From Tetramitus jugosus (taxonomy: Eukaryota > Protista > Heterolobosea), in the NCBI GenBank assembly GCA_937625935.1, contig OW569368.1:310001-374000 (forward strand): DNA of 64,000 nucleotides, in the 5' to 3' direction. The notes beneath the pieces were generated by a model that saw nothing but the letters and a program-made list of their open reading frames with translations, did no database searches and was not told the DNA's origin. A program made the position numbers and the translations under genes. Shown one piece after another: positions 13,601 through 24,035 of this stretch (position 1 is the first letter of the stretch; every line of letters starts with the position of its first letter).

Positions 13601-16563
13601 TTCTTCAAAGATACTATTTTAGTTTTTCGTTGACCTACCGGTATTGCCCCAAATTCTACTTTCTTTTCACTGCATACTACTTTGGTTTTGCCCATGATTC
13701 CACTAAAACGAATTCGTTGTCTTCTCTGGCTTCCTCTTATGTCTAACCAATAGATATCTTCACAAGAATGAATATCGCCAGGCGTATAAGTAATTTGGAC
13801 AGAGAATGTCCCTCCGGGTGGAATCTCTGCTTGAACTGGAAGTATTTGAAACACTGGTATTGATGGTTGCAAAATATGTGTTGGATTATCCGAGTAGGGC
13901 GTAAAGTTCAATGACTTAACTTCGCTATTATTCAGCTTGTGGAAAGAAAATTGTGCCGTTGAATTTCCCTTGTTTTTCATTGTTATAGTCTCGGTCATAC
14001 TGGACTCCAGACTAAATTCATTAAATCTAAATTTGACATCATCAGTTGAAATATCCACATCTGTTGGTATGACATCACCCATTGCAACAAATTTAATCTT
14101 GCTATGCTCGTTAATGCTCAAGTACATTGTGGTCTGCACGACCTGTATAGTCTCCGAACAGAAAATGACATCAAATCCGGCTGTAGCAAGCGGTGGTATC
14201 ACCTGACTAGGAGGATACACCTTGATTTCACCCGTTTGTGTCAATACCTGCACCAGTATGTATTGATTCAATTGATTTGTTATCCCAAAGGATTTTGTTT
14301 CCGATGCAAACACAGTCATCTGTCCAAAATCTATTAATTTAGGTCCAAACGCTATCCTTGAGAGTTGTTGGTTATTTAGTTTAATTTTGCAATCTCTAAT
14401 CTCGTTCTGAGTGGAAGGCACTGATTTGTGCTTCTTCCTTATTATTTTATTTTCATCAAACTTCGGTGGTTTCTAAAGAGGAGGTGAGTAGAAATTAATT
14501 AGTAGATCTGGTATCAAAAAAGTAGCATACCCTTATTAAGGAAGTGACATCTTGTGATTCAGCTTTGTCAGTAACGAAAAGCAAGTCTTCATTTGTTAGT
14601 GGTATCAGCCTTGGACTAATCATGCCAGAACCAGGCTCCATACCAAGATCCACATCATTAAGTAAGTTTCCAATTTTGTTTGTTTCTTGTTCGGATCGTT
14701 GCTTTTCAACGCGATCTTCTCTCATTGTTCGAATGAAAGAATTATATTGTCCTTCATTCTTCTTCTTCTGATTGTAGAGGTCAAGTTTTGACAGAAAAAT
14801 TTCCGTTTCAGTGTCTTGTCCAATATACTTGCACCTCTTCTCTCGCTTCTTCCCTCCTACTTCTGCCTCTAAGGTTTTCTCAATATCACCAGTCTCGGAT
14901 GTTCTCTTTGTTTTCACATAATTGATTTCTCTCCCAAAGTCCTCTGGGATTTTGTTGATACCACCCATTATTTTGGTTTTAGTTGAGATGCTGTCCGACG
15001 ATCCAAACAAGTTCAAAAATAATTTTGTTAATCCACCAAATGAAAAAGTTAAACGATTCTTAAAGCTTCCCATCTGATTCGGTGCAAATGTCACAACAAT
15101 ATCTGTACTAGAGCATGCGGCTATAACTCCCGTTGCGGGATTGGCAGAAAAATGAGCAACCCTATCGATCGTAAAACTAATAGGATTGGGTTGATAATTG
15201 CGTATACGAATCGATACATCTTGATATGAATGAACCGCACAATTTCCAAATCGAATCTCCTTTTCAGAGATATCAACTCTTAGATTTAAGGCAACTCCAG
15301 ATAATCCAAAATTTAGTTTTTGTTCAGTTTCTACAATCTCGACTATCATCTCGCTATAACAGTCCTCCTTATCATCGGATGTTGCTGACTTGAATCCAAC
15401 ATCTTTAGCTTGGTACTTCGGATGAAAAATTAACCGAATAGGTGTTCTTGATTGTGGTGGTAGTTGGCCCTCAACTGGCAATACAGAGAAATGATCCGCA
15501 GAAACGTCCTCAGCATCGTTATCGTCATTTCTGACCTTCGAAAAACTAAAAGAAGAAGAAAAAGGACTGGGATTAACTAAAAATGCCTTCAAACTTGCTT
15601 CCTGACCGAAATACAGGGGTTGAAATTTTGCCACGCTTAAGGTGCCTATCTCTCCACTAGCACTCACTAACTCTATCTTACTTTCGATAACTTTCATTAT
15701 CACATCGATATGTCGGACTGAATCTCCTGAAAATTCCATTTTCATTGGAAATCTAAACTCTCCGATATTTCCTCCACTTTTTACTTGTATCTGCTTGCAA
15801 GATCAGTCAACTGAAATGAGTAGAACAACGGAAACCACATGAAACTTACCTTAATCTGCTGAGAACTTTTAGCTCCAACAATCCCACTCATTGGTAAAAC
15901 ATATACAGGAGCGTTGTCATCGATAATAAAACGAAATGGTCCCTCCTTCGTGCCAACATTCTTCAATTCAAAAAACTTTGTTTCACTTCTCATCAGAGGT
16001 AAGACTCCCATATCAAATAAGTATGGAACAATAAACTCGGGAGATGGAATCATTGACCTCAATGGAATCTCTATGGTATCATTTTCGGCCAACACCACAC
16101 ACTTATCTTCATAATTGCGAGCCTCTCGGGTACTAAATACTATCTTAAATGAAACTTCTAATCCAGGAGCCAAACCAGTTTTAGGTGGTAAAAAAATTAG
16201 TTGATAGTTGTCAGTCTGTCCTGGTGGTATTACCCGAATTGATATAGTGTTTCGAGATATATTCCGAATTGTAAATAGTTTGCTATACGTGGTATTCGCA
16301 GCAATGCTCTCAAAAATCCCCTCTCGTGGAAACACTGATACTCGCTCTTCAGTGCTTGAAACAACTCCAGTTGAGTATGATTTTGAATCCATTCTGTTGC
16401 TGCGATTATGAATATTGGGAAACATTCGCTCTCCTTCAGTTAGATGACTCGATTGCAAGTCAGAGGGAGTAGACAACCGAGAATTTTGTTTAGAGCTTAC
16501 ATATTGAGCTTTTCCTCTCATATTGTAAGTACTGCTTCTCATTGAAGAAGTTGTTCCATTCAT
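7693..16563 (-). CDS. CFAP47: Cilia- and flagella-associated protein 47 (Hydin-like ASH/Ig repeats plus CH domain); exons 16563-15850, 15790-14531, 14472-7693 (~2917 aa)
   Basis: Introns 15791-15849 and 14473-14530 join three ORFs in frame. Many ASH-type repeats, CH domain (ENIILKWMTFHL...NFGQDLRDGKVFA...LYQTLPQYIPK), and C-terminal LVIDTEEMQWRYEVRGVLPKY. Confidence 0.85.
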
Positions 16564-16814
16564 TTGATTGTTGTGATCGTATGCGCGCCGTGGTTGTGTC
16601 TATGGCTTCGTTGTTCTTTGTTTGCTTTAATGTTCACTGAAGATGAAGCCAGTCGAAAGTTCATGTGAGAATTCGCTTTTGATCCAAAACAGAACCGTTC
16701 TCATTTGATTGGCGCCCATGGACAGTAGATCATGATGTTGGCATCTTGGCGCCAAATAAAGTTTTATTGTTTCGTTGTTACCCCGACTCATTTGTGCAAA
16801 GTTCAACAAAAAAC

Positions 16815-17888
16815 ATGAACAACAACAAGAGCAATGGCAGCAGAAAGAGAAGCCGTGGTGGTGCATCATCATCATCATCGTCATCATCATCTAGAGGCAA
16901 CAGTGGCAACAATGGAATGAAGACTTCTCGACCCATCATCTCCACCACCAAGAAGCAAAAGAATCATCAATCGTGCCGAACAGTGAAACCAGTGACTTCA
17001 TTCGAAAAGATTAAGGACGCATTCCGATTCTATCACAAGTTTGGATTTGTAGAACCGTACAACATTTTGTTCGATGCTCAATTCCTCATCATGGCCACAC
17101 AGAATCAAGTCGATTTGGAAGAACAGTTGAAACGAGTCTTGTTGCGCAGTGAAAAATTTAACTTGTTTTGTTCGAATGAAGTGTTGCACTATTTGAGATC
17201 CTGTCCCAATGATCAACACATTAAAGCTGTTGTCATGGCCAAAAAGTTCCAGAGACCTCTCAAGAAGCAGTACATGACCAAGGAGGAACGAAGGAACAAG
17301 AAGAAGGACCTTCAACAACAACAAGAACAAAACTTGTCCAATGACTTGGAATCGCTCAAGAAGATTGCCAATGATACGGTGATGGAAGCTCTCGGTGAAG
17401 GCAATTCTAGAAAGTTTATTGTTGCACTGGGAGACAATCATTTGCGAACTCTGGTGCACAAAAAGTATCCTACGACACCTACTCTGAGAGTCATTAGAGA
17501 AACGATTGCTATTGATGCACCAAGTCAAACTGCCAGAGGTGTTGCAAAACAAAAGGAACAAAAAGTAGTGGAGAAGCACTCTCAGTTGACACCGTGGGAA
17601 CGAGAGCAATTGTTGAAATTGCAAAAGCCAACTGCTGCATCCGATGATGAAGACACTGATGCAGCAAAACTTCAGAAGCAACAACATGTTCAGATCCTGA
17701 CAACGGATATGGATGTTGCTGACGAGGGAGATGAAGAACACGAGTCCACTCACAAACCGGAACTGGAGAATGAAGATCAAGAAGAGCAGGAAGAAGAGGA
17801 AGGACAGGAAGAACAATATGAATCAGAAAGTTCAAACGGTAGCGAAGATGAAGATGAGCCTCAAACCAAGAAGAGCAAGAAAAACTGA
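16815..17888 (+). CDS. UTP23: rRNA-processing PIN-domain protein UTP23 (Fcf1 family)
   Basis: FYHKFGFVEPYNILFDAQFL matches the UTP23 FGFREPYQVLxD motif; GNSRKFIVALGDNHLR; acidic/basic tail. Confidence 0.75.
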   Translation: MNNNKSNGSRKRSRGGASSSSSSSSSRGNSGNNGMKTSRPIISTTKKQKNHQSCRTVKPVTSFEKIKDAFRFYHKFGFVEPYNILFDAQFLIMATQNQVDLEEQLKRVLLRSEKFNLFCSNEVLHYLRSCPNDQHIKAVVMAKKFQRPLKKQYMTKEERRNKKKDLQQQQEQNLSNDLESLKKIANDTVMEALGEGNSRKFIVALGDNHLRTLVHKKYPTTPTLRVIRETIAIDAPSQTARGVAKQKEQKVVEKHSQLTPWEREQLLKLQKPTAASDDEDTDAAKLQKQQHVQILTTDMDVADEGDEEHESTHKPELENEDQEEQEEEEGQEEQYESESSNGSEDEDEPQTKKSKKN

Positions 17889-17935
17889 ATTCCAAAAGAT
17901 TTTCCATCCATCATGCAACTCAAATAAAACAAAGT

Positions 17936-18414
17936 ATGATGAATGATATTGAGAAACAAGACGAACTTGTCGTACGGAAACTTCAGGGAACTGCCTGTAA
18001 AGATATTGTCAATCAAAGTTATTCCTGTTTTAAATCTGATGAGGATCCTGACAAAGACCGCAACCAAACCATCGTCATTACTCATGTATGCGATGATCTG
18101 ATGAACAAGGCAATGGAATGCATATTGAAGAACAATCTGGAACACTTGATATCTGTGGAGAAATCAGAAGGGGACGAATCATCTCCAAGCTAGCGGGGAT
18201 ATATAAGGACACTCGAAATGCTTATCCATACCAAACTTTGAATGGTCGGTGGCGAAACCGATTCCTGTCACGAGCTGAGGAAGAAGAACCACTTTGGTAC
18301 AAGATCCGTGTGTGCAGAAAAATGATCCATCCAATAGAACTGAAAAAAATTGACGTCATTTTATTATTGTTTGACGATTGTGTGGAGTACAAAATCCTTC
18401 TGATATCGTGGTAG
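17936..18414 (+). CDS. Possible small hypothetical gene or pseudogene made of two overlapping ORFs (17936-18193, 18118-18414)
   Basis: ATG follows an A-rich leader and composition looks coding, but no unambiguous intron joins the two frames. Confidence 0.3.
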
Positions 18415-18462
18415 TCTCAAAAATTGGGCAAAAGCTCATGACTCTTCTTTGGTTCGTGTCAC

Positions 18463-20142
18463 CTACTGTGTAGCCAGATAGTGTCTCATCACCATTTGAT
18501 TCATCCATGGATAGCTCTGCTTCATCAAATTCGTTGTAGCAATAGGTGCTCTCTGGTTGAAGACAAATGGCGTGTTCATGTCTCTTGCTCTCATCTGTTG
18601 CTTCCATCCTTTGCTGCACTGAGCAATCGAGTGGCGCTTATTGTTGTTATTATGATTCATACTCTCCTCTAGTAAAATCTCTTCGGAACTCTTCTCTTCT
18701 ACACTGTTGGTATTCGCGGCTGATGGCAATGGTGCACCGTCAGTGGCACTACCATTGAGATTCATCAATCTCCTTCGAGAGAGGTTGATTGCATCGGATC
18801 CCTGAGCCAATCTCTTTTGCAACATTGGCTTATAGTTTTGATCATCTCTCACAGCTTGTGCCACCATGGTCTCATACTGTACAATCAAGTGATTGTTTGG
18901 ATCTTTGCCAATCTCTTGAATTCTCTGAATGACTTGATCATACAGCTTGCACTCATCGCTTGTCAAATGATATTGCACTTCTGGAGATGCCTCCTGTTCA
19001 TCATACAATGGATTCATCAAGTAGTAGCACTTGACATCACATTCACCGTACAGTTGATTGGCTTGATCCTTGTTCAACAGCTTGAGTGTGTTCTTGTATC
19101 CCATGTGAGTGGTGCTGCCCCATGAAGATGAGTAACGCCTACCGCCATTGTTACTATTGTTGGGTGATGCCTCATCTGGTTGTTGTTGTTGTTGTTGTTG
19201 TAATCTTTGTTGTAATGTGTTTGTGATGGAGTAGCGATGACTGCGTGTACTGCTGCCTGCGAGCGTGTTTGTCGATGATGGAGAAGATGGTGCTGAAGCA
19301 CTGGTGTCATCCGACGTGTTTTTTTCAGTTTGGGCCGATTCAGTGGTTGTGCTAGTGTTGTTTGCTGTAGTGGTAGTAGTAGTAGTTGTTGTTGTAGTTG
19401 TAGTAGTAGTAGTAGCAGTAGCAGTAGTCGTATTAGGGGATGAAGAGAGAGGAGAGTCTTGAACCAGTTGTGGGACCGTGGAGGATATCCTTCTGTTGAA
19501 CAGTGCACTCTGAATAATTCGTTCGGATGTGCTTCCAACGACACTACCATTGGCAGACAAGCTCTTTCTGGTGGGCATGGGCACAGAGATGTCTCTTCTC
19601 GATGGTAATATTGTTACACCACTTGTTGGAGGAACTGGAGGAGGCACATGATTAGATGTGACTGCTGCTGTTGTTGTTGTTGTTGTTGTTGTAGTAGGTG
19701 TGTTGTTGTTGTTGTTGTTGGAAGTCGATGGAGAATCAGAGGAGGGAGACAATGTAGGTTGTGTCGATATTCTACGAATAGGTCTCTTGACAATGGACGA
19801 TGTGATGACTCTGGGTGAATTGACTGGTGATGATGCAGGTGAATGGTTGGACACTACTGCTGCTGCTGTTGCTGTTGTTGTTGTTTCTTCAACTGTTGTA
19901 GCTGATGATGAAGTTGCAGTGGTAGGTACAGGTGAGGATGAAAGTGATGATGCTGCTGGTGATCCAGTGTTATTGTGTACATTTCTGTTGACGAAAACAG
20001 CAGATGTCGTCGGTGGAGTACCAATAGGTGTTCCTTCTCCACTTCCTCCAATGCTGCCGTGGTTGGGCTTGGTTCGGACTCTGACTTGAAATTTTCTGAC
20101 GGCTGATACCGGTTCGTTGCCACTAGATGATGTATCACTCAT
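18463..20142 (-). CDS. Hypothetical protein with a long Ser/Thr/Pro-rich disordered N-terminus and a small globular C-terminal region
   Basis: 559-aa ORF with an ATG after a CA-rich leader; poly-T/N/Q tracts. Confidence 0.75.
   Translation of the reverse strand: MSDTSSSGNEPVSAVRKFQVRVRTKPNHGSIGGSGEGTPIGTPPTTSAVFVNRNVHNNTGSPAASSLSSSPVPTTATSSSATTVEETTTTATAAAVVSNHSPASSPVNSPRVITSSIVKRPIRRISTQPTLSPSSDSPSTSNNNNNNTPTTTTTTTTTAAVTSNHVPPPVPPTSGVTILPSRRDISVPMPTRKSLSANGSVVGSTSERIIQSALFNRRISSTVPQLVQDSPLSSSPNTTTATATTTTTTTTTTTTTTTTANNTSTTTESAQTEKNTSDDTSASAPSSPSSTNTLAGSSTRSHRYSITNTLQQRLQQQQQQQPDEASPNNSNNGGRRYSSSWGSTTHMGYKNTLKLLNKDQANQLYGECDVKCYYLMNPLYDEQEASPEVQYHLTSDECKLYDQVIQRIQEIGKDPNNHLIVQYETMVAQAVRDDQNYKPMLQKRLAQGSDAINLSRRRLMNLNGSATDGAPLPSAANTNSVEEKSSEEILLEESMNHNNNNKRHSIAQCSKGWKQQMRARDMNTPFVFNQRAPIATTNLMKQSYPWMNQMVMRHYLATQ
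19368..19430. repeat. (GTA/GTT)n microsatellite encoding poly-Thr; a similar tract lies at 19663-19720
   Basis: Directly visible triplet repeats. Confidence 0.85.
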
Positions 20143-20648
20143 GATTTTTTAAAAAAAAATTTTACTCCTATATCGGTTATGATGTTTGTTGTTGGTTGCA
20201 GTGTTTGTTTGTTTGTTTGTTGTTTGTTGTTTGTTCGAGGAAAAAAAAAGTGGAAGAGGAGATGTAGTTGTTCGGTGGGGTTTGGTGGACTGTCTGGTTC
20301 GTGGTTTTTTTTTGGTCGGTATTGTTGGATAGTGTTTGGATGTTTGGGCCCTTGTAGGTTCGCAAAATTTTGTGTGCGCTTTTTGATGATGGTTGCTGTG
20401 CAAGGTGTCAAATTCCCCTTTGTGCTGGACCGATGTCAATCATATTTCCTCATTCTACCTGACAGGTGTCAAGGAGATATTTACTCCGCATCCGCCAACA
20501 ATTTGAAGCTTCCTCTGCGATTAGATTTTCCTCGGGCCTCGTAGTTTTACTGGAAACCTGCAGAGCTCCGAGAAGCATTCGAGTGCTCGTTATAAGTTCC
20601 TCACGGTTCACTTTATTTGAGGTATAATATCCTCAACGTTCCGCACCC

Positions 20649-23041
20649 TTACACAAACAAAGAGATTCTCCCTTCCTTCTTTGCAGATACAATGCGCTTT
20701 GTTTCGATATATTCCATGACCAGATTGCTAATAGACCTGTTATTATTCTCATGTTCCACAATGGTGGCGTAATGCTTGAGTGCTGTGTATCCATCACCAC
20801 CACTCAGCATATAGTTGGTTGAACAAATGTTGTAGACTCTTTCGGGATCGATTGGTTCTCCATTCAGCTCAAATTGCTTCACTCGCTGCATTGGCTTCTC
20901 CAGTTTATCAAATACAAGGCGACAACCCTTTGATAAGTGAGGGAATGCACCAAGATTGAGTTCTGCTTTGGAGAGACCCTGTTCCAATGCTTCAATCAAA
21001 TATTGTCCTTTTATACATTGGAGGGAAACACCACTAGGAAATGGAAATTCCTTATAAATATCACCTCTTGTAATTTCATAACCAGCATCATAGGTTCTAT
21101 CACCTCGAATCGATCCTCCATTAATAATGGCCAAATCTGCATTGAATGTCTCCAATAAGACATCTGCAATCAAATTTCCCATTGTTGTTTCCTTAGATCG
21201 AACAGAGTCAGAATAGGAATTCAATTTCGTTTCAGTGACGCCAATAATATCATTGTAATCGCTCGGTAACTTTGATTGATAATAATCGACAACTGATTTT
21301 ACATTCGGGTCAGGTTCATATCCTCTGTTCATAATCATTTTCCATTCCGGAAATACGTGAACTTGTTTAAACTCTTTTCCGAATGGATGAGTCACTGTTT
21401 TCTCAACAATCAATTTAATGTTGCCCAGGTATTGACCATTGACACCAGCTTTATGAATAAAAACTCCCTTTTGCTGGTTGGTTATGACACTGTGATCGTG
21501 TCCTCCCAATTCGACATCTATGCCTCGGACTTCCTCGGCCAACCGCTACATTGTTCACATCACAAAGCAAGTGAGACAAAGGTGTCAGTATCACTACTAC
21601 AATGTCCGCTTGTGCAGGCACACGCACAAGGGTGCACATACTAATCATATAAAATCACAATAGGAAACACATACATTATCATCCTTGATACTCAAATGAG
21701 TGAGTGCGATAACAACATCGACTCCATCATCCTCTCTCAATTCCTTGACCATTTTTCGCGCAGTGTCAATAATATCTCTAAACTCAATTTCATCACCAGG
21801 CTGAGACAAGTTCTTGGTCGCTGGTGTACACAGACCAAATATTCCAATTTTAATCTCGTCCATGGGCTCTCCTGCTTGAACACCACGATCACATGGCACT
21901 GTCAATACGACCTTTGACACCATCCCGTTCATAATCTTGTTCGTGTTCTTGTAAAAAATATTGCTACACTACAAAAGGACAATCGACAATGGAAACAAAG
22001 AATACAATGTAACACACACATATATGGTTGTCAGCCATCATATATCACCTTGAATCACAAAGCACAAAAACTATAAGAGAAACACACCACACTTACAATC
22101 CATTTGAACTTTGATTCACGTATTCGCTTCTCGAGCACCGTACTACCAAAATCAAATTCGTGATTCCCTGGCACGACATACTGAATTGGCATCTGATTCA
22201 TTATTTTGATCATGTGAGCACCTTGATATCTGTTTTATCACCAACCAACAAACAAACAAATTGTCAGAGTCAGTGATGCTGAACTTTTACACTCATGTGC
22301 ACAACATGTTGCACGTAGAGAGAAGAAAAACAAGCAATCAAACACAAAATAAAGATCTTGTTTTGTTCAACAATAAAGTGTGAGATGGTGAGAGATATAC
22401 ACATACCTGAATGCCAATTGACTCGCACTCAAAAAATCGCCATTCAACGTCACAATACAATGATTGAGATTATTGTTGTGCTTTCTTTCAATGTTCATCC
22501 TCTCTTGCTTCATAATGGTTGATAGCTCTGCTAAACCACCCAGTTTTCTATGATCGGGCACCAACTCATACACATCATTCACCATGAGAATATTGAATTC
22601 TGTTCCTGAGATTTTGGGTTGTGGTGGTGTGGACATTGATAATTTTTTGTCTTGCAAAATTTGTTGTTGTTGATTGTCGAGAGTCAGTTCATTTGTTGAT
22701 GTTGTTGACCGTTGATAGCTTGAGTGATGATAACGGCACAATAGCAAACAAGATGATTTGTTGTTGTAATGTTCATGTTGGTGTGCTGTGAATCTTGATC
22801 GTGTTATCAAAAACTTTGATATTGAGGAAGAATGGCTGTTCAGTCGTTGATGATGATAGTGTCGTGCTGCTGATTGAGTCCGATTGGAGAGTGGAGGATA
22901 ACAGCACACACCACCATGATTCTTTGTTATTGTTGATGTGGAGGTGTATGGATGATGGACAGTGGAGACTGGACAACAAGAGTTCACTGTCTGATATGTG
23001 GCCTTGAGCAGTGACGGAACTGATTGATTTTTTGCAAGCAT
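20649..23041 (-). CDS. 5'-nucleotidase / UshA-type metallophosphoesterase; exons 23041-22407, 22229-22097, 21968-21675, 21545-20649 (start uncertain)
   Basis: Spliced product contains NDVY, GDFLS, GNHEFDFG (in an exon missing from the ORF track), ALTHL, GGHDH, and the C-domain motifs VRSKETTMGNLIAD and NGGSIR. Introns 22230-22406, 21969-22096 and 21546-21674 are all GT-AG and frame-consistent. Confidence 0.9.
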
Positions 23042-23250
23042 TCGTTGCAAAATCCGAGTCCGTGCCAAAAAACCCAAGAAAAAAAAGTCGGAGCAACAAA
23101 ACATCAAAAAACACCAATCCGTTCGATGAACTGCCACCTATTCACTTAACACATTTCTAGCAATAGAAACTGGCGAATAACAGCGGCAACTCCAAAATTT
23201 TTTAAAATTGGAGGTTTTCTGAAATAGTTAATGATTTCTAAGAAATAACA

Positions 23251-23292
23251 ATTGTGGCTCCCGCAACACCGGTTCGATTCCGGTAGGCGGCA
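23251..23292 (+). tRNA. Isolated 3' half of tRNA-His(GUG), positions ~31-73; 5' half absent
   Basis: A-TTGTGGC (anticodon loop, GTG)-TCCCG-CAAC-ACCGG TTCGATT CCGGT (perfect T arm/B box)-AGGCGGC-A, then ATTTTT. The upstream sequence cannot supply the acceptor strand GCCGCCT or the anticodon strand CGGGA. Confidence 0.75.
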
Positions 23293-23402
23293 ATTTTTAG
23301 GACTGCAATTTGCTTCGGCGGAACTTGCGGTCAACGAACACTTTGGTGGCTTTTTTATTTGTATTCATCATCGATATTGGTAGACCCAGCCCGAAAAAAA
23401 TA

Positions 23403-23714
23403 ATGAATTGGTTTCGAACAAGTCCCAGTGAAGACACCTCTAAGAATTCTGCCCAGAGTCAAATGACTGTTGACGCAACATTAGCTCATCAGAAACAAAC
23501 GATGGACGACCAAGATAAAATGATTGATAAGATGATTGAGAGCCTTGGCCGAATAAAAAGTGTTGCTGAAGCTTTTGGACCAGAACTAGACAACCAAAAT
23601 AAGGAACTTATTGAACTGGATAACGAGGTCCACTCGATCAATGGAAAACTGAAAAGAGAAACCAAGAGAGTTGAGAAATTGTTGGACAAGAAGCCTTGGT
23701 GGCAAATATGGTAA
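23403..23714 (+). CDS. Small Qc-type SNARE-motif protein lacking a transmembrane anchor
   Basis: DDQDKMIDKMIESLGRIKSVAEAFGPELDNQNKELIELDNEV is a t-SNARE coiled coil with a central Q; the protein ends KKPWWQIW. Confidence 0.75.
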   Translation: MNWFRTSPSEDTSKNSAQSQMTVDATLAHQKQTMDDQDKMIDKMIESLGRIKSVAEAFGPELDNQNKELIELDNEVHSINGKLKRETKRVEKLLDKKPWWQIW

Positions 23715-24035
23715 AGTGTTTGTCACGAGGTGGATCAAATGTCCGTCAGTGAAACAAGTGCACATGGATTATTCTCAATCTCGTGGGAAGAATTGGTAGG
23801 ATTTTCGTATGGGAATCCTTCACTAGAGCCAGTTCCAGAGGAAAACAGGGACAGGACTCGAAAACCAAAATTTTCCAATTCAATTTTTCTGTAAATACTT
23901 TCTCCGATTGCCGTTAAACATCACCTTCTGTTCCTTGAAACAATGGAATGCTTTTTGCTGTTTCGTTTTCCTCCATTTTCGAACAATAAAAACAACAACA
24001 AACAGAAAACCACAGACCGTTATTTAGGAAAGAGA

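Noticed and set aside
21546-21674. Intronic C/D snoRNA in nucleotidase intron 3 (ATGATTA...CTGA plus a hairpin)
   Set aside because: The CTGAC is better explained as the branch point; there is no terminal stem or identifiable guide.
23293-23400. Permuted tRNA-His with the 5' half downstream
   Set aside because: No GCCGCCT/D-arm sequence follows, and a T tract comes immediately after the 3' half.
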